A DNA stretch of 64,000 nucleotides from an uncultured Acidobacteriaceae bacterium (GCA_963737435.1 CAVTSI010000004.1:40975-104974), one strand, 5' to 3'. Counted from the first letter of the stretch, positions 36,294 to 46,812 are shown. The notes: generated by a model not told the origin, from the sequence alone. Numbers and translations are program-made.

Positions 36294-38954
36294 ATGGCCC
36301 TCACCTCCGGCACCAAACTTGGTCCTTATGAAATCGTCTCGCCGCTGGGCGCTGGCGGCATGGGGGAGGTGTACCTCGCGCGCGATACCCGCCTCGACCG
36401 TAGCGTCGCGGTCAAAATTCTTCCCTCACATCTTTCTAAAGACCCAGAGGCCAAACAACGCTTCGACCGGGAAGCACGGACGATCTCTTCCCTGAATCAT
36501 CCCAATATCTGTACGCTCCACGACGTTGGACACCAGGATGGGATCGATTACCTGGTGATGGAACACCTGGAAGGCCAGACGCTGGCAGAGCGTTTAAGCA
36601 AAGGACCGCTGCCCATCGACCAGGTCTTGAAGTACGGGGCCGAAATCTGCGAAGGCCTGGAGAGGGCACATCGCAGCGGGGTGGTGCACCGCGACTTGAA
36701 GCCCGGCAACATCATGCTGACCAAGACCGGGGCCAAGCTGATGGACTTCGGTCTGGCAAAGCAGGCGGTGGCCAGCGCCACCGCGGCATCCGGCCTCAAC
36801 GCAACAGCGAACACACCCCAGGGAAGTCAACCTCTAACCGCGCAGGGCACCGTAGTGGGAACGTTCCAGTACATGTCGCCCGAGCAGATCGAGGGGAAAG
36901 AGGCCGATGCCCGATCGGACATTTTCGCCCTGGGCGCGGTGCTCTATGAGATGGTAACGGGAAAGCGAGCCTTCGAGGGCAAGACTCCGGCCAGCGCGAT
37001 GGCGGCGGTGCTGGAGCGCGAGCCGACTCCGATTTCTTCCGTGCAACCGCTGACCCCGCCCGCGCTGGAGCGTCTGGTCAAGATATGCCTGAGCAAGGAT
37101 CCCGACGACCGTTGGCAAACGGCGCACGACGTTAAGCTGCAACTCAAGCAGATCGCCGAGGGCGCATCGCAGGCCAGCGCGCCCGCGATGCCGGCACCGC
37201 AGCATAAGCGGGGTAATGCGTGGGTCTGGGTTCTGACTGGGATTCTAGGGGTAGTTGCCGGTGTGGCGCTCGTGATGGCCTACGTTGCGAGCCATAGAGA
37301 CATGCGGGTATTGCGGGTCGAACTCAACCCGCCCGACAAGATGCAGTTCAACCTGTCGGGCGACCACGGCGGCCCGGCGATGATTTCTCCTGACGGCCGT
37401 TACCTCGTCTTTTCGGCCTACGGCTCCGGGGGCGCCCAGCTCTATTTGCGGTCGCTGGATTCAACTTCTCCGCAGGCCCTTCCCGGCACCGAGGGTGCAA
37501 TGTTCCCTTTCTGGTCGCCCGACAGTCGCTCCGTAGCCTTCTTCACCGACGACAAGCTGAAACGAATCGAAGTGAGCGGTGGCACGCCGGTCACGATCTG
37601 CGGTTCGACGCTGGGACGTGGCGGCAGTTGGAACCAGGACGGAACCATTGTGGCCGCCCTCTCCTACAATACCGGTCTATCGCAGGTCCCAGCCAGCGGA
37701 GGCACGCCTACTCCTGTCACCACGATCGATGGTGTCCATTATTCTTCCAATCGCTGGCCGTGGTTCTTGCCTGATGGCAAGCACTTCCTCTATATCGCCG
37801 TCAAACACAATGCGCCGACCAGCCCGGAAACCGCGGTGTTCCTTGCATCGCTCGACGGCAAAGAGAACCGCCTTCTGTTTCACACCTTGTCGAACCCCAT
37901 CTACGCATCGGGACGCTTATTCTTCCAGCGCGAAAATTCCCTGGTGGCACAGAGCTTCGACCCATCCAACGGCAAATTCTCCGGCGAGCCGCAGACCCTA
38001 AGTGAAAACGTTCAATTTGACCCTGGGCTCTGGCGGATGAACCTCAGCGCCTCCAGCGACGGCATGATGTTGTACGCATCCGGCACGGCTTCCGGGACCG
38101 AGATCCTAACCTGGTACGACCGCAGCGGAAAGCGACTGGGCACAGTGGGCGAGCAGGGGGAATTCTACGATCTGGATCTCTCCCCCGACGAGAAGAAAAT
38201 CGCGACCACGGAGTTGAACACAGCCATCGCGACCATCTGGATTCGCGACCTGGCAAACAATCTGAAGACTCGGCTCACCTTCAGCGACGGTGCACACCTC
38301 ACTCCGCTTTGGTCTCCGGACGGAAAAGAGGTAGCCTTCACCTCGAACCAGCAGGCCGCGATCTCAGTTAAGACGATCGGCAGCAGCGCCCCGGAGCGCA
38401 CACTTCTTTCGTCGCCGAATCCTATCTATCAAGCCATTTCGGACTGGTCGCACGACGGCCGCTACCTGATGTATGAACAGGGTACCGGCGTGAATACGGA
38501 CCTTTGGGTGCTTCCGTTATCCGGCGACAGCAAGCCGTTTCCCTATACGAGCGGGTCGTCAAGAGGAACGTTTTCGCCGGACGGCCATTGGGTGGCATAT
38601 GTGGGCCAAGAAGGGGGCCGTCCCGAGGTTTTTGTGGCCCCATTTCCTTGGACCGGTGCGAAGTGGCAAGTTTCGAACGGAGGCGGCGCCGGACCGCGTT
38701 GGCGAGCTGACGGCAAGGAACTGTTCTACTTCGATTTCAACGGCGTTACGGCGGTTGAGGTGGACGGCGCGGGTTCCGCATTCCAGGTCGGCAGCAGTAA
38801 GTTGCTGTTCCGCCTTCCTCTGAGAGGCATCATGTCTCGTGAGTATGCTCCCTCGCACGATGGTCAGCGGTTCATCGCGGTCACGCCCAGTGAAGGAAGC
38901 TCTCAGTCGTTGACTCTAATCCAGAACTGGCCGGCAGAGTTGAAGAACAAGTAG
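36294..38954 (+). CDS. Ser/Thr protein kinase fused to a TolB-like (PD40/WD40-like) beta-propeller
   Basis: Kinase motifs GAGGMGEVY, AVKIL, HRDLKPGNIM, DFGLA and SPEQ, then a TM helix (WVWVLTGILGVVAGVALVMAYV). Repeated ISPDG/WSPDG/FSPDG propeller blades follow. Confidence 0.9.
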   Translation: MALTSGTKLGPYEIVSPLGAGGMGEVYLARDTRLDRSVAVKILPSHLSKDPEAKQRFDREARTISSLNHPNICTLHDVGHQDGIDYLVMEHLEGQTLAERLSKGPLPIDQVLKYGAEICEGLERAHRSGVVHRDLKPGNIMLTKTGAKLMDFGLAKQAVASATAASGLNATANTPQGSQPLTAQGTVVGTFQYMSPEQIEGKEADARSDIFALGAVLYEMVTGKRAFEGKTPASAMAAVLEREPTPISSVQPLTPPALERLVKICLSKDPDDRWQTAHDVKLQLKQIAEGASQASAPAMPAPQHKRGNAWVWVLTGILGVVAGVALVMAYVASHRDMRVLRVELNPPDKMQFNLSGDHGGPAMISPDGRYLVFSAYGSGGAQLYLRSLDSTSPQALPGTEGAMFPFWSPDSRSVAFFTDDKLKRIEVSGGTPVTICGSTLGRGGSWNQDGTIVAALSYNTGLSQVPASGGTPTPVTTIDGVHYSSNRWPWFLPDGKHFLYIAVKHNAPTSPETAVFLASLDGKENRLLFHTLSNPIYASGRLFFQRENSLVAQSFDPSNGKFSGEPQTLSENVQFDPGLWRMNLSASSDGMMLYASGTASGTEILTWYDRSGKRLGTVGEQGEFYDLDLSPDEKKIATTELNTAIATIWIRDLANNLKTRLTFSDGAHLTPLWSPDGKEVAFTSNQQAAISVKTIGSSAPERTLLSSPNPIYQAISDWSHDGRYLMYEQGTGVNTDLWVLPLSGDSKPFPYTSGSSRGTFSPDGHWVAYVGQEGGRPEVFVAPFPWTGAKWQVSNGGGAGPRWRADGKELFYFDFNGVTAVEVDGAGSAFQVGSSKLLFRLPLRGIMSREYAPSHDGQRFIAVTPSEGSSQSLTLIQNWPAELKNK

Positions 38955-39103
38955 TGCTGGCTATAGGGCGTGGAGCGTCTATCGCGGGTCCTGGACGCCG
39001 TGCTCCAGTTGACGTTGGTATTCGGAGCTGTCGAAGTGGCCCTGCGAGGAGGCGATGAGTCCATCCGCTCCAATCTGCCAAACGAAACCGGGCGCTTCCA
39101 CGG

Positions 39104-40043
39104 TTACGGCGTACACCCGGAACTCGTAGTCCCGACTTCGATGCCCGAGGAAACGCCGTCTTTGGTGGTCAAAGACCACGCCATACGAGGCGTATTGTGG
39201 GCCAGGCCAATTCTTCCTCTGACATCTACGATGATGATCCCTCCATGTCCGTTCAGCCTGGCTTTCAGGTAGTACAGCGCGCGTTGCGCAGCCTCCTGGG
39301 GAACAAGCCCATCCTCGACGCGGTCGGCGGCCCACTTGCTGAGGACCAATTTCATCATCGGTTCGCCCCAGCCGGTGGTGGAAACCGCGGCGCTGCGGTT
39401 GTCGGCGTAACAGCCGCAGCCGATCAGCGAGGAATCGCCCACGCGGCCCGGCGCTTTGTTCAGCGTTCCGCCGGTCGAAGTGGCAGCCGCGATGTTGCCG
39501 TCCCGATCGAGGGCCACGGCCCCGACTGTGTCGCTCGAACGCATGGGGCCGAACTCGTCGGGCATCTGCGAGGTAACCCTGCTTCTTGGCTTCGCGCAGG
39601 CGCAGCACCTCACGCTCAATGACCAGCTCGTCGTTGGCACATAACTCGATGCCGTGCTGCTGGGCGAACCGTTCGGCTCCTGTTCCGACGAAGTACACGT
39701 GCGGGCTCTCGGTCAGCACCTTCTTGGCGGCACGGATGGGATTGCGGATGTGCTCCACGCAGCCCACGCCTCCGGCGCGCAGGGTCGCTCCCTCCATCAT
39801 CAGCGCATCCAGTTGCACCCGGCCATCCATGTTGAGAAATGAGCCGCGACCGGCGTCGAAGGCCTCGTCCTCTTCCATCGCGACCACCGCCGCCTCAACC
39901 GCGTCCAGACAGCCTCCGCCGCGTTGCAGCACCTGCCAGCCTTGAGCAGCCGCGGCTTCCACTCCGTGCAAGTGCGCGTCGAGAGCATCGTCGGGAATTG
40001 CCCAGGCTCCACCATGCACCAGCATTACAGGATCGACAGCCAA
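39104..40043 (-). pseudogene. isoaspartyl peptidase/L-asparaginase (Ntn hydrolase), one frame break near 39570
   Basis: VHGGAWAIP...DAGRGSFLNMDG...HVYFVGTGAERFA continues in another frame as DTVGAVALDRDGNIAAATSTGG (Thr nucleophile)...GDSSLIGCGCYA...STTGWGE. Confidence 0.8.
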
Positions 40044-40235
40044 TGCCGGACCTTTCGTACAGAAGATTCTTGCTGCAGAGGCAAACCAGACAGCATACCA
40101 GAAGGGCCGGGTTTGAACTTCGCCATGCTCTCACAGCATCCGCAGCTCTCAAACGATAACGATAAGGAACCGGGTGACCCGTTCAAGCCAGGTATGCTTG
40201 GGCGGGCTTCATCCCTTGAGCTGGTCTCGCGGCGA

Positions 40236-40881
40236 TCACGCCTCGTTAGCCAGCCCGGCGGCTTGCGCTCTGGCGCGCGTGATTGGTATAGCGTGCGGTG
40301 AAAATCGAGGCCGCCACATGAGGATCGGCGCCAGACGCCACTCAGCAGAGGATAGTCTCTCGGTTAAGCGCGACCGTGACCAGCACGATGTTGACGGTAA
40401 AGCGATGCTCCAGACGAGCTCATGACCTGGTTGGCGCGAATGAATCCCGGATGCTGCCAATGCTCGGGGGGTGCGGATTCGCGGGCATATTGCACGGTAA
40501 ACGGCGTTCCAAACAGGATCGACGCCCACGATACGCCTGCGTAGAATACCCAGATAATCACCGGAACTGTACACGGGAAACAGTGGTCGAGCGGACGACG
40601 AACGTCGCGATCGCGGCCAGGACAAAGTAGCTCAGCAGAATCCAATCCATCAGCTTGAGCTTGATGCCGCGGCTGGCCTGCAACGCCAGCAAACACACAC
40701 TGGCGAGCAGGCCAAAAGCAACTCCCATCGGCCAATGCCCCATGCCTGCCAAAACCCCATAGATCACCCATATGACGAATTGGGTACTGAGCAGAAGCCG
40801 GGAAAACCGTGCCGGACTCATTGGCATGGTTATACTTACGGTGCCGATTTGCGGCACTGAAGTGCTGCATATCTGGCACAA
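40236..40881 (-). pseudogene. hypothetical polytopic membrane protein, fragmented over at least 3 frames
   Basis: The hydrophobic pieces LLLSTQFVIWVIYGVLAGMGHWPMGVAFGLLASVCLLAL, MDWILLSYFVLAAIATFVV and PVIIWVFYAGVSWASILFGTPFTVQYARE lie colinearly in different frames. No family recognised. Confidence 0.35.
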
Positions 40882-41184
40882 CCGTGGATTATAGATCGGC
40901 CCCGTCCCGGAGCGCCTTTATCAACCACGGGGTCATTGGCAGAAGCGTTCCATGTGATGCTGCTTACATGTGACGGTGAAGTTGCCATCCCGCCTGGCCG
41001 CATCACGCGCGCATCGAAGTGATTTAGCTACTTGCGGCCGTCTCCGGCCCACCCGGCCAGTTACAGAGCGAACTCGCCGACCCGTTCGGCGGATCCGCAA
41101 CAACCACCTACCCATCAGCGCTGTCTTCCTGGCGACCGTATCGCATCGTCCGCCATAGGCTGTGCCATCTGATTTAATAGAGCC

Positions 41185-41409
41185 ATGGGCGACCTTGGGC
41201 GCATGCTGATTTTTGTTGGTGGGCTGCTGCTCGTCGTTGGAATTGTTCTCATCCTCGCGGGCAAAGCGAACCTGCCCATTGGACGCTTGCCGGGGGACAT
41301 CGTCTATCGCGGCAAGAACACCACCTTCTATTTCCCTTTGGTCACTTCCATCCTGCTGAGCGTGATCCTGTCGCTGGTGCTGTATGTCGTGAATCGGATG
41401 CGGCGGTAA
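41185..41409 (+). CDS. DUF2905-family small membrane protein
   Basis: MGDLGRMLIFVGGLLLVVGIVLILAGK...GRLPGDIVYRGKNTTFYFPLVTSILLSVILSLVLYV is the family signature. Confidence 0.8.
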   Translation: MGDLGRMLIFVGGLLLVVGIVLILAGKANLPIGRLPGDIVYRGKNTTFYFPLVTSILLSVILSLVLYVVNRMRR

Positions 41410-41410
41410 G

Positions 41411-41445
41411 CAGCTCGTCAGCTCTCAGCTTTCGCATTTCAGCTT
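41411..41445. repeat. tandem heptamer array, about 5 units (TCAGCTN/TCGCATT)
   Basis: CAGCTCG TCAGCTC TCAGCTT TCGCATT TCAGCTT, directly after the DUF2905 stop. The bottom strand reads AGCTGA with period 7. Confidence 0.8.
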
Positions 41446-41506
41446 AACTCTCAATTCGTTCGTCGACTATTGTGACTGTCAGAGCATCCGATCGGAACGC
41501 GAGCCT

Positions 41507-41548
41507 GCTGAGAGCCGAAAGCTGATAGCGAAGAGCTGATAGCGTCAG
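41507..41548. repeat. tandem heptamer array, 6 units (GCTGAGA GCCGAAA GCTGATA GCGAAGA GCTGATA GCGTCAG), inverted relative to 41411-41445
   Basis: Exact 7-nt period. TGA occurs at 41509, 41523 and 41537, one in each frame. The array ends at the xseA ORF. Confidence 0.8.
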
Positions 41549-41549
41549 C

Positions 41550-43041
41550 TTGGATACACTGCCTCCAGACGCTCTTCCCATGGCCGACACGCAACAACTC
41601 GGGCTGGCCTTCCAGGCGCCGTCGCGCAAGATCTATCCGGTGCGCGAACTGGTCGCCGCGGTGCGCACCCAGGTGGAGCGCGCCTTCACCGACATCTACG
41701 TCGAAGGCGAGATCTCCAACTACCGGCCTGCCGAGTCCGGACATCTTTACTTCACGCTGAAGGATGGCTCGGCGCAACTGCGGGTGGTGATGTGGCGGAC
41801 CCAGGCGCGACTGTTGCGCTTTCGTCCGGAGAACGGCCTGCAGATTATCGCGCGCGGTCGAGTCACCATTTACGACGAGCGCGGCGACCTGCAATTTCAG
41901 GCCGAGTACCTCGAACCCAAGGGCGCGGGCGCGCTTCAGATTGCCTTCGAGCAATTGAAGGCCAAGCTGGCTGCCGAAGGGTTGTTCGAACCCAGCCGCA
42001 AGCGGCCTATTCCAGCCTTGCCCCGGCGCATCGGCGTGGTGACCTCCCCGCGCGGCGCCGCCATCCAGGACATTCTGAACATTCTTCGCCGCCGGCACGA
42101 GTCGGTTAGCGTGCTCATCTATCCCGCGCAAGTGCAGGGCGAGAGCGCCGCCGCGGAAGTCAGCGCGGGGGTGCGCTACTTCAATCGCCACGGCAAGGTG
42201 GATGTGATCGTGGTGGCGCGCGGCGGAGGTTCTTTCGAAGACCTCTTCGCCTTCAACGATGAAGGCCTGGCGCGCACCATTGCGGCCGCGCATGTTCCGG
42301 TGATCTCGGCCGTAGGCCACGAGACTGACTTCACCATCTGCGATTTCGTCGCCGATCTTCGGGCGCCGACTCCTTCCGCAGCGGCGGAACTGGTCATTGG
42401 GTCGAAGCAGGAACTGGCGGAGAAGCTGGCTTCCCTGCGTCAGCCGCATGGCGCAAGCAGTGAACTACAAACTGTTGCGCGCTCACAATGCGCTTTCGCG
42501 TCTCACCCAGCATGCCGTCTTCGCGCGCATGCGCGACAGCATCGCCCGCCGCCAGCAGCGGGTGGACGACCTGGTGTTCCGCATGGCGCAGTCGCAAGCC
42601 GAGGCACTGAAGAACCTGTCGCGCCGTCTCGCGGATGTCGAGGCCCATCTCCGCCGCCACGATCCTCGGGTGCGCTTAGGCGTGATGCGCCGCCAGCTCG
42701 ATGCACAAACTGCGGGGCTACATTCCTCATTCATGCGGCGGTTGGTTGGGCGACGGAACGAACTCGACGGGCTGACGATCGCTTTGGGCCGGGCGAGTGA
42801 AACCATCTTGTTGCGCCGGCGGGGCCACTGGCAGCAGTTGCACAGCAGTCTGGAGGCGCTCTCGCCCAAGGCGATCCTGGCCCGCGGTTATGCGCTGGTC
42901 TTCGATGACGAGGGCCGCCTGGTGAAACAGGCGGCGCAGCTCAAGCCAGGCAGCCGGGTCCGCGCCCAACTCGGTCGCGGCGAGTTCACGGCGAAAGTTG
43001 ATCACGTCAAGGATGAGCCGGCGGACAATGCGATAGTGTAG
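41550..43041 (+). pseudogene. xseA: exodeoxyribonuclease VII large subunit, one frame break near 42444
   Basis: OB-fold N-part (VRELVAAVRTQVERAFTDIYVEGEISNY...GHLYFTLKD) and catalytic core (IGVVTSPRGAAIQDIL...VARGGGSFEDL...ISAVGHETD). The coiled-coil C-part continues in the next frame (RMAQAVNYKLL...SPKAILARGYALV). ATG 41580 is the likely start. Confidence 0.85.
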
Positions 43042-43220
43042 GAACGCGGCATCCTGCCAGCAATCCATCCGAGAATCCTAGCACTCGTATAATTCTGGAA
43101 ATCATCGGTTCGCGTCTGTCTAAGCATTCGGCTAACTACTATCTACTGACCACTTCCTGCTGCTCTGCATTAGAATGAGGGCACTCAGCGCGGACTCGGC
43201 CGCGAAACGGAACCGCGAAA

Positions 43221-44100
43221 ATGCCAAGCCTCAGCTACATTCCGCAAATCTCGGTGACTTCGGTCTTCGATATTCTGGTGGTGGCATTTCTCGTTTACGA
43301 GTTCCTCAAGCTCATCAAAGGCACGCGCGCGATTCCGATGCTGGTGGCGGTGGTGATTCTGGGACTCGCTTTCTGGATCGCGCACCTGGAAGCGCTGAAG
43401 ACGGTGGACTGGCTGATCACCACGCTGCTGCCCTACGCCATCTTCGCGCTGATCGTCGTCTTCGGCGCCGAAATCCGGCACGCCCTGGCGCGTCTGGGAC
43501 AGACGACTGTCAGCCGCCCGCGGCGGCGTGTTCAATGGCACCGACAGCTACGAAGACATCGTGCTGGCGGCCAATCATTTTTCCCAGACCCTCACCGGCG
43601 CGCTGATCGTCATCGAGCGCGAGATTGGCCTGCGCACCTTTATCGAGAGCGGAGTGCCCCTCGACGCCAATCTCTCCTTCGATCTGTTGGTCACCATTTT
43701 CCGGCCCAGCGCGCCTTTGCATGACGGCGCCGTCATTGTGCAGAAGGGGCGTATTGCCGCGGCTGCCTGCTTCCTGCCGCTCTCCATGAATCCCGTGCTC
43801 TCCACGCAGTTTGGCACTCGCCACCGCGCTGCCATCGGGATCACGGAAGAGACCGACGCCATCTCGGTGGTGGTGTCGGAAGAGAACGGCTCCATCAGCA
43901 TTGCGGTGGGCGGACAAATCGAGCGCGACATTACCGTGGAGTACTTGCGCGAGCGGCTGAGCGAAGTGCTGCGGCGCTATGTGCCGGCGGCGACCTTGCC
44001 CACCATCATTGGCGGACCACGAATTGTCGTCCGACGAGCCCGTGGTCGAGCCGAGCGCCTAGGCCACAATCAGGACCTGGCCGATGGAGCGGAGCGATAA
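43221..44100 (+). pseudogene. cdaA: diadenylate cyclase CdaA (DisA_N domain), one frame break near 43503
   Basis: Three N-terminal TM helices are followed, in the next frame, by GALIVIEREIGL...PLHDGAVIV...GTRHRAAIGITEETDAISVVVSEENGSISIA (DGA and RHR motifs). Confidence 0.85.
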
Positions 44101-44798
44101 AGCCATGCTCGACTCGCTACGCAACTTCTTCCGCAAGTATGTCCTGAAGAATTTGGGTCTCAAGATGGTCGCGCTCGCGGTCGCGGTCTTGATGTGGTGG
44201 GTGGTGGGGCGCGATCCCACCATCGAGATTCCCATGACCGTTCCGCTGGAGTTTCATCATGCGCCCGACAATCTCGACATGAACTCCGACGGTCCGTTGC
44301 AGGCCCAGATCACGATGCGCGGGCCGGAGCGTTTGTTGCGCCAGATCGACCCTTCCGAAGTGCACGCCGTCATCGATCTGCAGGGCGCAGTTCCCGGCGA
44401 GCGGACCTTCGAGCTCACGCCGAAACAAATCCATGTGCCCCGCAACGCCGAAGTCATGCAGGTGGCGCCGGCAACAGTTTCACATCAGCTTCGATCGCAG
44501 TGCCACGCGCTTGGTGGAGGTGCAGCCGCGCATCATCGGCAGCTTGTTGAGCGGATATGGCATAACCGAGGTGAAGGCCGATCCCGCGCAAATCACCATC
44601 GTGGGTCCGGAGAAGAGAGTGGATGCCGTCGAGAATGCGGTTACCGATCCCGTGGATGCGACCGGCGTGGTGGGCAAAGCCACCTTCACCACCCATGCCT
44701 ACGTGGCCGACCCTCTGGTGCGTGTGCAAAAACCGGGCGCCGATCCATGTGACGGTGACGACGGGCAAAAGCCTTCCAAGGGAACACGCCAGCCATGA
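44084..44798 (+). pseudogene. cdaR: YbbR-domain protein (CdaR-like cyclase regulator), frame break near 44474 in a TTT run
   Basis: TM anchor LGLKMVALAVAVLMWWVV followed by YbbR-like repeats (IEIPMTVPLEF, VHAVIDLQG, HISFDRSATRLVEVQ, ITIVGPEKRV). The stop overlaps the glmM ATG (ATGA). Confidence 0.7.
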
Positions 44799-46198
44799 GC
44801 GCCGCGACGCCGATGCCGACACCAAAGATGCGACAACTTTTCGGGACCGATGGAATTCGTGGCGTCGCGGGCGAGTATCCGCTGGATCGGCGGACCGTGT
44901 ACGGCATCGGACGCGCCTTGGGGCAGCGACTTGCCGGACGCGACGCAGTGGCCCGCGTCCTCATCGGACAGGACACGCGCGAGTCCAGCGCCTTGATCGG
45001 CGCGGTCCTCGCGGCGGGACTGGAAGCGGCGCGAGTGCAGGTGGTGAGCGCAGGCGTCATTACTACTCCTGGGATTGCGTACCTGACGCGCGCCAACCAC
45101 TTCTCGGCGGGCATTGTCATTTCGGCCTCGCACAATCCCTGGCAAGACAATGGCATCAAGATCTTCGGCGCTGACGGTTACAAACTCTCCGACCAACTGG
45201 AACACGAGATTGAAGCCGACATTTTCGCCCACCTCGAACAGTTGGCCGCGGGAGCGGCGGATGCGGCGGTTTCGACTTCCGACATGCTGCCGGGTGAGCA
45301 AGCGCTGCGTGACCAGTATGCCGATTGGCTGGCGGACTTGGTTTGTGCGACCGACTTCAGCCGGTTGCGGGTGCTGGTGGATTGCGCCAATGGCGCGGCC
45401 AGTTCGGTGGCTCCGGTGGTCTTTCGCGATGTGGGTCTCAATGCCGACTTCGTCCACATCGAGCCGAATGGGCGCAACATTAACGCGGGTTGCGGGGCGT
45501 TGCATCCGGAGAATGTGGCCAAGGCCGTAGCGGCTGCGAATGGCAAGTATGACGTGGGCATCACCTTCGACGGCGATGCCGATCGGGCCTTGTTCTCGGA
45601 TGCATCCGGACGGGTGGTGAACGGCGATGCCGTGCTGCTGCTGGCGGCACGCGATATGAAGACCCATGTTCGTTTGCACAATGACACGGTGGTGGCGACC
45701 ACCATGTCGAACATGGGACTGGAAGCGGCGCTCCAGCGCGGCGGCATTCGCATGTTGCGCGCGCCCGTGGGCGACAAGTACGTGCTGGAAGAGATGTTGA
45801 AGACCGGAGCGACGCTGGGCGGCGAACAGTCGGGACACATTTTGTTCCGCGACATGGACACCACGACGGGCGATGGAATCCTGACCGCGCTGCGCGTGCT
45901 GGAAGTGATGGCGCGCACCGGAGAGTCGCTGGCCGAACTGGTCGCCGACATGAAAGTCTTTCCGCAGGAAATCAAGAATATTCCCGTGCGCGAGAAGCTG
46001 CCGCTGGAGCAACTCCCGAAGGTGATGGATGCCATTGGCGCGGCCGAGCGCGATCTCGACGGCAACGGCCGCGTGGTGGTTCGCTACTCGGGCACCGAGA
46101 AGCTGGCGCGCGTGATGATCGAAGCGGAGACGGAAGAAGCAATGCGCCGCCACACCGATGCCATCGCGAATGCGATCCAGCAAGCGATCGGGGTGTGA
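44795..46198 (+). CDS. glmM: phosphoglucosamine mutase
   Basis: LFGTDGIRGVAGEYPL, the active-site SASHNPWQDNGIK, DGDADR and GGEQSGH motifs. Confidence 0.92.
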   Translation: MSAATPMPTPKMRQLFGTDGIRGVAGEYPLDRRTVYGIGRALGQRLAGRDAVARVLIGQDTRESSALIGAVLAAGLEAARVQVVSAGVITTPGIAYLTRANHFSAGIVISASHNPWQDNGIKIFGADGYKLSDQLEHEIEADIFAHLEQLAAGAADAAVSTSDMLPGEQALRDQYADWLADLVCATDFSRLRVLVDCANGAASSVAPVVFRDVGLNADFVHIEPNGRNINAGCGALHPENVAKAVAAANGKYDVGITFDGDADRALFSDASGRVVNGDAVLLLAARDMKTHVRLHNDTVVATTMSNMGLEAALQRGGIRMLRAPVGDKYVLEEMLKTGATLGGEQSGHILFRDMDTTTGDGILTALRVLEVMARTGESLAELVADMKVFPQEIKNIPVREKLPLEQLPKVMDAIGAAERDLDGNGRVVVRYSGTEKLARVMIEAETEEAMRRHTDAIANAIQQAIGV

Positions 46199-46220
46199 CT
46201 CACCATAGTGAGTGATTCAC

Positions 46221-46244
46221 CACAGAGACACAGAGGCACAGAGA
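46221..46244. repeat. tandem octamer, 3 units (CACAGAGA CACAGAGG CACAGAGA)
   Basis: Lies 22 nt after the glmM stop and is preceded by the small hairpin ACTCAC-CATA-GTGAGT. Confidence 0.8.
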
Positions 46245-46264
46245 AATAATGGATTGCGAACCGC

Positions 46265-46780
46265 TTGCCGAGTCGAGAAACCATGAATGTTGATAGCATA
46301 GGTTCCTTCTTTATCATTGTTGCGTTCCTGACCGTTGGCGAGGTTTGTTTAACGGCAACACAGCCCGAAAACTCTCCCACATGCTTGACCACTTATGAAA
46401 ATCACAATCAGATCGATTACGGTCCCTTGAGAGTGCACGCAATTCAAGGCACAACTGTCATCGATGTGGGGAGCCAAGAGCAGCATGGGGTCCCAGGAGC
46501 ATGCTTCGCTTTATTCACTGAGCGAGATCACAAGTTGGTGGCTAACGTTGTCGCAGACGATAATGGACACTTCGAAATAAGGAGTATTCAAGCTGGGCGG
46601 TATCGCCTGGTTGCGCGAGCTACAGGACTTTGCACGGCCAACATTCCCCTTGAGGTTGTGAAGTCATCTCGCCAGAAAGCGGGACTCGTGATCCATTTCC
46701 GTGCCGCAGGCATCGATGACTGCAGCTACGCTGAGCTAACCCACGCCGGAATGGAAAAGAGGAAGCAAGAGCAGCCGTGA
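46265..46780 (+). CDS. hypothetical secreted protein with a carboxypeptidase-regulatory-like (beta-sandwich) region
   Basis: The hydrophobic N-terminus IGSFFIIVAFLTV and VADDNGHFEIRSIQAGRYRLVARATG resemble CarboxypepD_reg segments. Weak assignment. Confidence 0.5.
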   Translation: MPSRETMNVDSIGSFFIIVAFLTVGEVCLTATQPENSPTCLTTYENHNQIDYGPLRVHAIQGTTVIDVGSQEQHGVPGACFALFTERDHKLVANVVADDNGHFEIRSIQAGRYRLVARATGLCTANIPLEVVKSSRQKAGLVIHFRAAGIDDCSYAELTHAGMEKRKQEQP

Positions 46781-46812
46781 TCACTGACAACTGATCACTG
46801 GCAACTGAGAAC
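46778..46812. repeat. tandem heptamer array, 5 units (TGATCAC TGACAAC TGATCAC TGGCAAC TGAGAAC)
   Basis: The first unit begins with the stop codon of the 46265-46780 gene. The array ends at the first base of the polA stop codon (46812-46814, minus strand). Confidence 0.85.

Noticed and set aside
43085-43100. Perfect TATAAT upstream of cdaA as a promoter
   Set aside because: No acceptable -35 or extended -10 was found at the right spacing. A single hexamer is not enough evidence.
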